Part shown: one piece after another, positions 21,492 to 30,622 of the stretch | How positions within the stretch are numbered: the first letter of the stretch is position 1 | How the letters are laid out: the number at the start of each line of letters is the position of its first letter | Assembly: GCA_963695225.1 (NCBI GenBank) | Contig: OY968762.1 | Coordinates: forward strand, 128,001-192,000 | DNA length: 64,000 nucleotides | Origin: Vulcanimicrobiota bacterium | Lineage (GTDB): Bacteria; Vulcanimicrobiota; Vulcanimicrobiia; Vulcanimicrobiales; Vulcanimicrobiaceae | Direction: 5' to 3' | Translations under genes and position numbers: made by a program | The notes under the pieces: generated by a model | What the model was told of the DNA's origin: nothing | What the model saw: only the letters and a program-made list of their open reading frames with translations | Databases searched by the model: none

Positions 21492-22652
21492 TCAGGGCGG
21501 CGATTCCGCGCGACAGATGCGCGACCGCGCCGTCTCGCGGCCCGCTTGCACCGCGACGAGCGAGAAGCACGAGCGCGAGGGCGCACCCGAGGCCGTGAAG
21601 CCGATTTCCCCCGCGTCCGTCGGCAGCGTGCCGGTGCGGAGCGCGGCCAGCACGGTCGCGCGCGACGGCCCACCGCCCTCGGCCGCGGCGCGATCGAGGG
21701 CCGCAAGGGCGGTCTCGGCGGCGAGGTAGCCCTCCAGCGCCTCGTCGCTCGGCGCGACGCCCCAACGTGCATGGTACGCTTCGCGGGCGAGCGCCGCCCG
21801 GGGCGGATCGAATTGCGTGGCCGCTCCGATCCGGTCGTAGCGCTCGCCCGTCGCGGGCGGGGCGTAGCCGCGGCGCTCCATGCTCCGCAACTGGTCGACG
21901 GAGAGCACGGCCGGTGCGGCGTCGCGTGGGACGAGGAACGTCCCGCGCCCGAGCGGCGCCGCGTAGAGCACCGCGCCGGCCGGCACCGGCGGCCCCGGGG
22001 CCGGGCCGAACGCGCTCGCGAACCCGGCGGCGACCTCGCGGCTCCTCTCGTCGTCGCGGTCGAGCACCTGCACGCTGCGGTACCCGCGCTCTCGGGCGAG
22101 CGCGCCCGCGACCGCGCCCTCGGCGAAGTCGCTGGGGGCGATGCGGAACACGAAAGGAGCGCCGCGCGTGGAGGGCGCGTTCGAGGCCCCGAGCGCGACG
22201 AGCGGGAGCCCGCTCTCGGCTGCGACAGGGGCCTCCGCGGACGCGACGTTCGCGCGCAGCCCGCCGACGACCGCCAGGATCCGCGGATCGGCTGCAAACT
22301 CGCGCACGATCGCGGCGGCGTGCTCGGGATCGTCGACGTTGTCCAGGCCTTCGTCTTGGTGCGGGTTCTCGTGCCCGCCCCGCGACGTGTCGCGCACGAC
22401 GGCCGAGACGCGCACGTGCGCGTGTACGGCGTTCCAGCGCTCGAGCGCGAGTTGCACGCCTTGCCACGCGGCGAGCCCGTCCGCGCCGTCGTCGCCGGCG
22501 AGCGGAAGCTCGACGCCGAGCCTCGCTTCAAACGGCGGCGGCGAGCTTGTCCCGAGGGCTTGCGCGCCGCAGGCGAAGAATGCGGCCGCGAGCAGCAGCG
22601 CGAACGGGGCGCTCCGCCGCGGCGCTCGGATTACCTCGCCGGGCCGATCCAC
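21492..22652 (-). CDS. branched-chain amino acid-type ABC substrate-binding protein (orphan)
   Basis: Hydrophobic leader; GVELPLAG, VFRIAPSDFAEG, GEIGFTASG. Start uncertain (GTG 22652). Confidence 0.75.
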   Translation of the reverse strand: MDRPGEVIRAPRRSAPFALLLAAAFFACGAQALGTSSPPPFEARLGVELPLAGDDGADGLAAWQGVQLALERWNAVHAHVRVSAVVRDTSRGGHENPHQDEGLDNVDDPEHAAAIVREFAADPRILAVVGGLRANVASAEAPVAAESGLPLVALGASNAPSTRGAPFVFRIAPSDFAEGAVAGALARERGYRSVQVLDRDDERSREVAAGFASAFGPAPGPPVPAGAVLYAAPLGRGTFLVPRDAAPAVLSVDQLRSMERRGYAPPATGERYDRIGAATQFDPPRAALAREAYHARWGVAPSDEALEGYLAAETALAALDRAAAEGGGPSRATVLAALRTGTLPTDAGEIGFTASGAPSRSCFSLVAVQAGRETARSRICRAESPP

Positions 22653-24034
22653 ACGGTCTGCAGGTTCATGAATTCGCGCATGCCGATGTCGGAAAGCTCG
22701 CGTCCGTGACCGCTCAGCTTCACGCCGCCGAACGGCAGGCGGGGATCGGAGGCGGTCATCCCGTTGATGAAGACGGCGCCCGTCTCGATTTGCGCCGCGA
22801 TCGCCTCGCCGCGCGCGACGTCGCGCGTCCATACGTTCCCGCCGAGACCGTACGGCGACGCGTTCGCGAGATCGATCGCATGCGCTTCGTCGTTCGCGCG
22901 GATCACCGCCGCCGCTGGCCCGAACGTCTCCTCGGTGAAGACCGGCATCGCGCGCGTCACGTCGGCGAGGATCGTCGGCTCGTAGTACGCGCCCGGGCCT
23001 TCGACGCGCTTAGCGCCGAGCAGCGTGCGTGCGCCCATCCCGATCGATTCGTGAATCTGGCGCTCGATTTCGTCGCGCAGATCCGGGCGCGCGAGCGGCC
23101 CGAGTTGCGTTGCGCGATCGAGCGGATCCCCGATGCGCAGCGCGCGCGCGTGACGAACGAACGCTTCGCAGAACGCATCGTAGACGGAGGTTTGCACGAT
23201 GAAGCGCTTCCCCGCGATGCAACTCTGCCCGTTGTTCTGAAAACGCGCGCGCACCGCCGTCTGCGCCGCCGCGTCGATATCGGCATCGGCGAGGACGATG
23301 AACGCGTCCGATCCGCCGAGCTCTAGGACGGTCTTCTTGAGATACCGGCCGGCTTGCGCGGCGACGGCGCTCCCGGCCGCTTCGCTTCCCGTAAGCGTGA
23401 CCGCGGCGATCCGCTCGTCGGCGATCACGTCGTCCATGTCCTTCCCGGAGACGAGGATCGTCGAGAAGGCGCCTTCCGGGAGCCCGCATTCTCTAAAGAT
23501 CTTTTCGATTTCGAGCGCGCAGCCCGTCACGTTCGCCGCGTGCTTGAGAATCCCGACGTTTCCGGCCATGAGGGCGGGTGCCGCGAACCGAAAGACCTGC
23601 CAGTACGGATAGTTCCAAGGCATGATCGCGAGCACCACGCCGAGCGGGCGGTAAGCGACGTAACTCCGGGTCGCGGCCGATGCGATCTCCTCGCTCGCGA
23701 GGATGCGCTCGGCGTTTTCGGCATAATACGTGCACGCCGTCGTGCACTTTTCGACCTCCGCCTCCGCCTCGACGATCGGTTTCCCCATCTCGAGCGAAGC
23801 GATCTTCGCGATCTCGTGCTTGTGCGCGCGCAGGTACGCGACGACACGCTGCAACGTGGCTGCGCGCTCGGCGAACGAGGTCGTTCGCCAGGCGGCGAAT
23901 GCGCCGCGCGCGGCATCGAGCGTGCGATCGACTTCGTCGGAATCGTGCGAGCCGTACGTCGCCAGGCGCTCGCCGGTGGCGGGGTTCGTCGTCTCGATCA
24001 TCCCGGCGCGCCGGGGGGAAGCGGTAGTGTGCAT
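22631..24034 (-). CDS. gabD: NAD(P)-dependent succinate-semialdehyde dehydrogenase
   Basis: MPWNYPYWQ, LELGGSD, NNGQSCIAGKR, EETFGP, PFGGVKLSGHGRE. Confidence 0.88.
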   Translation of the reverse strand: MHTTASPRRAGMIETTNPATGERLATYGSHDSDEVDRTLDAARGAFAAWRTTSFAERAATLQRVVAYLRAHKHEIAKIASLEMGKPIVEAEAEVEKCTTACTYYAENAERILASEEIASAATRSYVAYRPLGVVLAIMPWNYPYWQVFRFAAPALMAGNVGILKHAANVTGCALEIEKIFRECGLPEGAFSTILVSGKDMDDVIADERIAAVTLTGSEAAGSAVAAQAGRYLKKTVLELGGSDAFIVLADADIDAAAQTAVRARFQNNGQSCIAGKRFIVQTSVYDAFCEAFVRHARALRIGDPLDRATQLGPLARPDLRDEIERQIHESIGMGARTLLGAKRVEGPGAYYEPTILADVTRAMPVFTEETFGPAAAVIRANDEAHAIDLANASPYGLGGNVWTRDVARGEAIAAQIETGAVFINGMTASDPRLPFGGVKLSGHGRELSDIGMREFMNLQTVWIGPAR

Positions 24035-24083
24035 GCCCGAGCCGTTTCACACGGCGCCGTCCAACTCTTTTTGCCCGCGGTGC

Positions 24084-24243
24084 TGGGCCCGCGTCCGGGG
24101 CGGGGCGAGGTTCCCCCGCGGGGACGCCCGAGATTTCGCATCCATGCGAAATCGCTACTCGTGCACTTGCCCGCTCCCGCCCTCCTGGCTCCGCGGGCAA
24201 GCTGCACGCCCCGCGGAGAAACCCCGCCCCGCCCCGGACGCTA
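24084..24243 (-). repeat. structured palindromic element, copy 1
   Basis: 33-bp outer stem 24091-24123/24209-24241 enclosing two inner arms; homologous to 37722-37880. Confidence 0.8.
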
Positions 24244-24269
24244 CCTGCATTCCACCTTAATCGACATGC

Positions 24270-25136
24270 TCACGATGACAGTTCGCCGGGCTCCAGGCCT
24301 AACTCGTGTTCTGCGGTTGCTCGTAGCGCGGCGCGGGGGACGAGGCCGATGAGCTCGCAACCTTCGACGGCGACGCCGGCCCTAGCGGCGAGGCCGCGGA
24401 CGAGCGCGAGGACCCGGTGCAGCGGCGTCGCCGCGGGGTCCGTGAGGTTGCATGAGATCTGCACTCGCCCGGCCGAAAGGCGCAGGCCGAGGACGCGCAG
24501 GGTGCGCAAGCCGCCGTCCCGCTCCCGGAGCGTTCGCGCGATTCTGCGCGCGAGCGCGAGATCGTCGCTCGCGAGCACGACGTTGAAGGCGACCAGCACG
24601 TCGCGCGCGCCGACGGCGATCGCCCCCGCGCTCGGATGGAACAGGCGGTCGCCGACGTCCGGCCGCTCGCCCGCGGCGGCGCGGGCGGCTAGGCCCTCGA
24701 ATTCGCCCCGCCGCACGTCCGCGAGGCTCCGCCGCTCGAGCGTTGCGGCGGCCGCCCCGTAGAGGAGCGAGGGCACGCCGCAGTCCGCCCAGATCGCCTC
24801 GGCCGCTTCGCGCGCGAGCGCCTCGGCGTCGGCAAGCGTCACGTTCGCGAGCGGGACGAACGGGAGGACGTCGAGCGCGCCGATCCGGGGGTGGACGCCG
24901 CGCCGCCGGCGGAGATCGATGCGCTCCGTCGTCACGCGCGCGAGCGCGACGGAGGCGGCGATCAGCTCCCGCGGCCCTCCGAAGCACGTGAAGACGCTGC
25001 GATCGTGGTCCGCGTCGCTCGACCAATCGGCGACGACCGCGCCCGCCCCGGCGAGCGCGGCGACGCACGCTTCGATCGTCTGCGGATCGGTGCCCTCGCT
25101 GACGTTCGGAACGCATTCGAAAAGCGCGCGTGTCAT
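24270..25136 (-). CDS. ftcD: glutamate formimidoyltransferase (stand-alone FT domain)
   Basis: ECVPNVSEG, DADHDRSV, GVHPRIGALDVLPFVP, QISCNL, ELIGLVP. Confidence 0.9.
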   Translation of the reverse strand: MTRALFECVPNVSEGTDPQTIEACVAALAGAGAVVADWSSDADHDRSVFTCFGGPRELIAASVALARVTTERIDLRRRRGVHPRIGALDVLPFVPLANVTLADAEALAREAAEAIWADCGVPSLLYGAAAATLERRSLADVRRGEFEGLAARAAAGERPDVGDRLFHPSAGAIAVGARDVLVAFNVVLASDDLALARRIARTLRERDGGLRTLRVLGLRLSAGRVQISCNLTDPAATPLHRVLALVRGLAARAGVAVEGCELIGLVPRAALRATAEHELGLEPGELSS

Positions 25137-25138
25137 AT

Positions 25139-26461
25139 CTAGCCGAGGGCCTCGGCGATAGCCCGGCCGACGTCGGGCGCGCCGGAGGGACCGAGGACGC
25201 GCGCGAACCCGAGCCGCTCCGCTTCGGCCCTGCGGCGCAGGCTCTGCGAGACGGCGCGAACTTCCCCCGATAGGCCGAGTTCCCCGAAGACGGCCAGACG
25301 CGGGTCGAGGGCGACGCCGCGAAACGCCGAGGCGATCGCGAGCGCGATACCGAGGTCGGCGGCGGGTTCGGTCACGCGCAATCCGCCGGCGACGGAGGCG
25401 TAGACGTCGAACGTCCCGAGCTGCATCCCGGCCCGCCGTTCGAGGACGGCGAGGATCATCGCGAGCCGGGCGGGATCGAGGTTCGCGGCGAGCCGGCGCG
25501 GGGTCGAGTACGAAGTCTCGCCGACGAGCGCCTGGATCTCGACCAGGACGGGGCGCGAACCGACGATGCTCGCGACCACGCACGAACCGCTGGCGCGTTC
25601 GCCGTGGTGAGCCGCCCGGCCGAGGAAGAGCTGCGAGGGGTTGCGGACCTCGTGCAAACCGCGCTCGCCCATCGAGAAGACGCAGATCTCGTCGGCGCTT
25701 CCGAACCGGTTCTTGTGCGCCCGCACGATCCGGTATTCGGAGCCGCCCTCGCCCTCGAAGTAGAGCACCGTGTCGACGAGATGCTCGAGCAGACGCGGAC
25801 CCGCGATCGCGCCGTCTTTCGTGACGTGCCCGACGATGAACGTCGCGCAATCGGTCCGCTTCGAGAATTCCATGAAGGCGGCGGTGCAATCTCGCACCTG
25901 CGCGACGCTGCCCGCGTACGATTCGACCTCCGGGAGCGCCATCGTTTGGATCGAGTCGACGATCAGCAGATGCGGTTTCACGCGCTCGAGCGCGTCGAGG
26001 ATCGCCCGCACGTTCGTCTCGGCGAACAGCAAGAGGTCGTCTCCGGCCCCCAGGCGCTCCGCCCGCAGCTTCGTCTGCGCCGCCGACTCCTCGCCGCAGA
26101 CGTACACGGCCGGGCCCGCGTTCGAGAACGCGGCGGCGAGCTGCAGGAGAAGCGTCGATTTCCCGGCTCCGGGCGGTCCGCCGAGCAGAACGAGGCTGCC
26201 CGGCACGACGCCGCCGCCGAGGACCGCATCGAATTCCGCGAAGCCCGTCGGGACGCGCGCCGTCCGGCCCAGCGGGATATCGCGGAGCCGGACGGGGCCG
26301 CTCGCCGTTTCGCCGCGATGCCGCCGAGCGGGGGCGGTGCGCGGAGGCACCGGGGCCTCAGCGAACGTGTTCCATGCCTCGCAAGCGGGGCAGCGGCCGA
26401 GCCATCGTGCCGATTCATGACCGCACGCCGAACAGAAGAAGAGGGACTTCGCCTTCGCCAT
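25139..26461 (-). CDS. radA: DNA repair protein RadA/Sms
   Basis: C4 zinc finger, GPPGAGKST, KNRFG, GELGLSGEVR. Confidence 0.96.
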   Translation of the reverse strand: MAKAKSLFFCSACGHESARWLGRCPACEAWNTFAEAPVPPRTAPARRHRGETASGPVRLRDIPLGRTARVPTGFAEFDAVLGGGVVPGSLVLLGGPPGAGKSTLLLQLAAAFSNAGPAVYVCGEESAAQTKLRAERLGAGDDLLLFAETNVRAILDALERVKPHLLIVDSIQTMALPEVESYAGSVAQVRDCTAAFMEFSKRTDCATFIVGHVTKDGAIAGPRLLEHLVDTVLYFEGEGGSEYRIVRAHKNRFGSADEICVFSMGERGLHEVRNPSQLFLGRAAHHGERASGSCVVASIVGSRPVLVEIQALVGETSYSTPRRLAANLDPARLAMILAVLERRAGMQLGTFDVYASVAGGLRVTEPAADLGIALAIASAFRGVALDPRLAVFGELGLSGEVRAVSQSLRRRAEAERLGFARVLGPSGAPDVGRAIAEALG

Positions 26462-26507
26462 CGCGTGCGAGCTTTAGCGGCGGCGGAGAGAACTCCGTCC
26501 GGCGGCG

Positions 26508-27347
26508 TTACGAGGCCACCGCGGACCTCCCGCCGCGGCCGAGCGCCCGGTCGAGCGCCTTACGGTCGCGCGCTCCTTGGAGTTCGGAGGCGAGCTTTAT
26601 CGCTTCATCTATGGACAGCGACGGCGAGCTTCCCTTCGGCGCTGCCGGCGGCGGGGCGGCGGGCACCGCGGAAGCTGCTGCGGAAACGGCTGCGGAAGCC
26701 GCTGCGGAGGCCGCTGCCGAGAGCAGCGCTTCGCTCGGGCTCGTGTCGACGAAGAGGAAGCCCGGGGGCACGTCCGTCTGATCGAACGGGTTCGTGAGAT
26801 CGGCCAGCCGCGTCCTCGCACCGGAGCGCGGCGCGCCGGCGACCGAGGGCGCGGGCGGTCGCGACGGGAAGCGGCGGATCGGGGTCGGCTCGTCCGCGCC
26901 GTCCTCGACGTCGTCGCCGTACGAGGGGTCCCAGGTCGGGAAGAAGGGCTCGTCCGAGTGGGGCTCGGGGGACTTCGCGGCTGAAGCCTTGGACGGCACG
27001 GCGCGAAGCTTCGGAACCTTGGGCCCGGGGCGTTTGACGGCGGAGAGGCGCTCGCGGGTCGCGGCGGCTGCGGCGGAGGCGCCGCGCCCGATCTGCGCTG
27101 CCCCTCGGCCTACCGTCGTAAAGAACTTGTCGATAGCCCAGAAGACGAGGCCGACGGCGAGGAAGACGGCGAGCGCGCAAGCGAGCCCGAGGACCCCTAC
27201 GGCGACTTCATACGGAACGCCCATCGCCTGCAGGTTGCGTAGACTCGGAATGAAGAGTTTCGGTGCTGCATGAGTCGCCGCAGCCAAAGACGGCGACACC
27301 GCGCTATAAACGCCGGAGGCGTGGTCTCCTAGATTTTTGGTCATCAT
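26508..27347 (-). CDS. hypothetical single-pass membrane protein with a Pro/Ala-rich tail
   Basis: 279-aa ORF with one TM segment and SAAA low-complexity repeats; fills the gap between radA and cmk. Confidence 0.6.
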   Translation of the reverse strand: MMTKNLGDHASGVYSAVSPSLAAATHAAPKLFIPSLRNLQAMGVPYEVAVGVLGLACALAVFLAVGLVFWAIDKFFTTVGRGAAQIGRGASAAAAATRERLSAVKRPGPKVPKLRAVPSKASAAKSPEPHSDEPFFPTWDPSYGDDVEDGADEPTPIRRFPSRPPAPSVAGAPRSGARTRLADLTNPFDQTDVPPGFLFVDTSPSEALLSAAASAAASAAVSAAASAVPAAPPPAAPKGSSPSLSIDEAIKLASELQGARDRKALDRALGRGGRSAVAS

Positions 27348-27497
27348 CCGTCCTTAGATCCGTAAGCGATCCATCGCAGACGCCTTACGTAGAGCATCGT
27401 CCACCGCGGCCGGCGAAGCAAGCGTCTTATGTCAATTTCGTGCAAAGTCGGCGAAAACATGAGCTAGGTCACGCTCTGTCCAACCTAACGGCCCGGG

Positions 27498-28172
27498 ATG
27501 CTGGAGTACGCTCACGTTGCGATCGATGGCCCGGTCGCGAGCGGTAAGACGACCGTCGCGCGGGCCTTAGCGAGACACCTGGGATTTCTCTATCTCGACA
27601 CCGGTGCGATGTACCGCGGCCTCGCCGCGTTGGCCCTGCGCGCGGGGGCGAGCGTGACGGATGAAACGGCGCTGCTCGAGTTGGCGCGCGAACACCCGAT
27701 CGCGGTCCACCCCGACGCGGCGGCGCCGCTCGGGTTCCGAGTGTTCGCAGGGGCGCGGGAGCTCGGCGGGGAGCTCTTCTCGAACGACGTGAGCACGGTC
27801 GTTTCGGCGGTCGCGATGCACCCCAAAGTTCGTGCCGAGATGGTGGACCGGCAGCGCGCGATCGCCGCAGAAGGGCCCGTCGTGATGGCCGGGCGCGATA
27901 TCGGAACGGTCGTGCTCCCGCACGCCCGGGTGAAAGTCTTCTTGACCGCGACCGTCGACGCGCGGGTGAGGCGCAGGCTCGCGGAACTCGGCGGTGCCGG
28001 CATCGCGGTCGATCCGAACGTCCTGCGCGTTCAAATCGCCGAACGGGACCGGCTCGACCGGACGCGCGAGGTCTCGCCGTTGCATGCGGCCGATGATGCC
28101 GTCGTGATCGACTCGAGCGAGCTGACGGTCGACGAGGTCGTCGCCCGGATCGCCGCGCTGGTCGAGCGATGA
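27498..28172 (+). CDS. cmk: cytidylate kinase
   Basis: AIDGPVASGKTT, YLDTGAMYR, GRDIGTVV. Confidence 0.96.
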   Translation: MLEYAHVAIDGPVASGKTTVARALARHLGFLYLDTGAMYRGLAALALRAGASVTDETALLELAREHPIAVHPDAAAPLGFRVFAGARELGGELFSNDVSTVVSAVAMHPKVRAEMVDRQRAIAAEGPVVMAGRDIGTVVLPHARVKVFLTATVDARVRRRLAELGGAGIAVDPNVLRVQIAERDRLDRTREVSPLHAADDAVVIDSSELTVDEVVARIAALVER

Positions 28173-28804
28173 ACGTCGTCTACCCGATCGTGCGGAACAC
28201 GTGCCGGGGGGCCTTCCTCACGCTGTGGCGGATGCGCATCATCGGGGAAGAGAACGTGCCCCGGACGGGTCCCTTGATCGTCGCCGCAAACCACGTCTCG
28301 AACCTCGATCCGCCCGTGCTCGGCGCCGCGCTACCGCGGCCGATATACTATATGGCCAAGGCCGAGCTGTTCCGGATGCCGCTGCTCGGGCCGCTGATCG
28401 TCCAGTTGCGAGCGTTTCCGGTCGACCGGGCCAAAGGCGACGTCGCCGCGATCCGGCGAGCCGTCGAGGTGCTCAAGATGGGTGCCGCCGTGGGCATCTT
28501 CCCCGAGGGCGGCCGGAATCGCGAAGGGCGAAACCGAGTCCACAGCGGCGTTTCCCTGCTCGCCTCGCTCACCGGCGCTCCGGTCCTCCCGGTCTATATC
28601 GGGGGCACCAAGCGGCGTTTCGACCGCATCACGGTCGTCTTCGGAGAGCCGATGGCGTTCCCGGCGAGCGGGCGGCGCAGCGAGGCGATACTCTACGATG
28701 CCGCGGCGGCCGAGGCGTCGAAGAAAGCGAGGCGCGAAGATCTGGCGAAGTGGGCCGATGAGGTCATGGCGCGCATTTTGGCGCTGCGGGGGCAGATCGA
28801 GTGA
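28169..28804 (+). CDS. plsC: 1-acyl-sn-glycerol-3-phosphate acyltransferase
   Basis: NHVSNLD (HX4D), FPEGGR. Confidence 0.9.
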   Translation: MNVVYPIVRNTCRGAFLTLWRMRIIGEENVPRTGPLIVAANHVSNLDPPVLGAALPRPIYYMAKAELFRMPLLGPLIVQLRAFPVDRAKGDVAAIRRAVEVLKMGAAVGIFPEGGRNREGRNRVHSGVSLLASLTGAPVLPVYIGGTKRRFDRITVVFGEPMAFPASGRRSEAILYDAAAAEASKKARREDLAKWADEVMARILALRGQIE

Positions 28805-29643
28805 TCATCAAGAAAGCGAAGACGCAAGGGTTCTGTTTCGGGGTCGCGATCACGGTGAAGAAGGCCGAAGAAGCCGTCGCCTCCGGCGCCAAGGTCACGA
28901 CCCTCGGACACGTCGTCCACAACCCGCAGATGGTCGCTTCGCTCGAAGAGAAGGGATTGCTCAACGCGCACTCGGTCGACGAGGTCGAGGACGGCGCGCT
29001 GTTCGTGCGTGCCCACGGCCTGACGACCGACGTATTCGAGAAGGCCAAGCAGAAGGGCCTTACGATCGTCGACGCGACCTGCCCGATGGTCACGAAGATC
29101 CACGTCCAGGCGGAGCGGCTGCGCGACGACGGCTACAAGATCGTCGTCATCGGCGATCCGAACCATCCGGAGGTCAAGGGGACGCTGAGCCACGTCCCCG
29201 GAGCCTGGTGCATCCAGCACGCCGCAGAGGTCGACGCGCTCCCGCGGGCAAGCCGGGTCGGCGTCGTGGTGCAGTCGACGTGGTCCGGCCCCGAGTTCAG
29301 CGAAATCGTGCGGCGCATGAGCCTGAAGTATTACGAGGTCCGCGCGGTCAACACGATCTGCACGGACACGCGCAATCGCCAATCCGAAGTCGAGGCGCTC
29401 GCGAAACAAGTCGAGGTGATGGTCGTCGTCGGCGGCAAGACCTCGGCGAACACGAAACATCTCGCCGAGCTGGCGGAACGGCACGGGGCGCGCTCGTACC
29501 ACATCGAAGGACCCGACGAGCTGCTTCCGGAGTGGTTCAGGGGCGTCGGTTCCGCTGGCCTCATGTCGGGCGCTTCGACTCCCGGATGGCTCGTCGAACA
29601 GGTCGAACGTCGAATGGAGGCGCTCAGTCGTCGAGCTAGCTAA
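28801..29643 (+). CDS. ispH: 4-hydroxy-3-methylbut-2-enyl diphosphate reductase
   Basis: GFCFGV, RAHG, DATCP, HPEV, NTIC, SANT. Confidence 0.96.
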   Translation: MIIKKAKTQGFCFGVAITVKKAEEAVASGAKVTTLGHVVHNPQMVASLEEKGLLNAHSVDEVEDGALFVRAHGLTTDVFEKAKQKGLTIVDATCPMVTKIHVQAERLRDDGYKIVVIGDPNHPEVKGTLSHVPGAWCIQHAAEVDALPRASRVGVVVQSTWSGPEFSEIVRRMSLKYYEVRAVNTICTDTRNRQSEVEALAKQVEVMVVVGGKTSANTKHLAELAERHGARSYHIEGPDELLPEWFRGVGSAGLMSGASTPGWLVEQVERRMEALSRRAS

Positions 29644-29644
29644 C

Positions 29645-30622
29645 GTGTTCGAGGCGCACCTCGCGCGCGCCGTCGAGCGTCATCGTGGGTCCTCGGCCGT
29701 CGCCGAGATGATCCGGTATCACTTCGGTTATGACGGCCAGGGCAACGCCCGGCACGGGAAACGATTGCGCCCGCAGATGCTGATGCGGGCCGCGCTCGAA
29801 GAGGGCGGCCTCCTGGAGGCGTCGCTGGACGCCGCGGCGGCGATCGAGATCCTGCACAACTACTCGCTCGTCCACGACGACATCGAGGACGGCGACGAGG
29901 TGCGGCACGGCCGCACGACGATTTGGGCCCGGTACGGGGTCGCCCATGGGATCAACGCGGGCGACGCGATGTGCGCGATCAGCTATCTGACGCTGCTGCA
30001 CGCGGGCGACTACCTGCCGAGCGACCGGGTCACGAAGATGATGCACGTCCTGCACGACGCGAATCTCGCGATGTGCGACGGGCAGGCGCTGGATATCGGG
30101 TTCGAGCGCGCCGACGGCGTCACGATGGCGCAGTACTTGGCGATGATCGCCGGGAAGACGGCGGCGCTGTTCGGCGCGGCCTGCGAACTCGGGGCGCTTT
30201 CTGCCGGCGCGTCCGCCGAGCGGGTGACGGCCTATGGCGTTTTCGGCCGATACTATGGACGTGCGTTTCAAATCCGCGACGACGTGCTCGGCAGCTGGGG
30301 CGATCCGGACGTGACCGGTAAACCGAGCGGCGCCGACGTCGCGCGCCGCAAGTGGAGTTTCCCGGTCGTGTGGGCGCTTTCGCAGCCTCCCTCGCCGGAC
30401 CGCGATTTGGTAGCCGCGGCGTATGCGCGCGGGGCCGCGCTGCAGCCCGGCGACGTCGCTGCGGTCGTCGATGCGCTCGAGCGGCTCGGCGCGCGCCGGG
30501 CCGCCGACGACGCGCACGATCTCGCGCTCGCCGAAGCCGAACGCATCGCCGCCGAAGCCGGCATCGATCGGGGACGCTCCGTCCGCGAGCTGGTCCTGGA
30601 GGGTATCCGGCGTGTTGCGTAG
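29645..30622 (+). CDS. trans-polyprenyl diphosphate synthase
   Basis: GKRLRP, LVHDDIED, GQALD, KTA, FQIRDD. Confidence 0.92.
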   Translation: MFEAHLARAVERHRGSSAVAEMIRYHFGYDGQGNARHGKRLRPQMLMRAALEEGGLLEASLDAAAAIEILHNYSLVHDDIEDGDEVRHGRTTIWARYGVAHGINAGDAMCAISYLTLLHAGDYLPSDRVTKMMHVLHDANLAMCDGQALDIGFERADGVTMAQYLAMIAGKTAALFGAACELGALSAGASAERVTAYGVFGRYYGRAFQIRDDVLGSWGDPDVTGKPSGADVARRKWSFPVVWALSQPPSPDRDLVAAAYARGAALQPGDVAAVVDALERLGARRAADDAHDLALAEAERIAAEAGIDRGRSVRELVLEGIRRVA

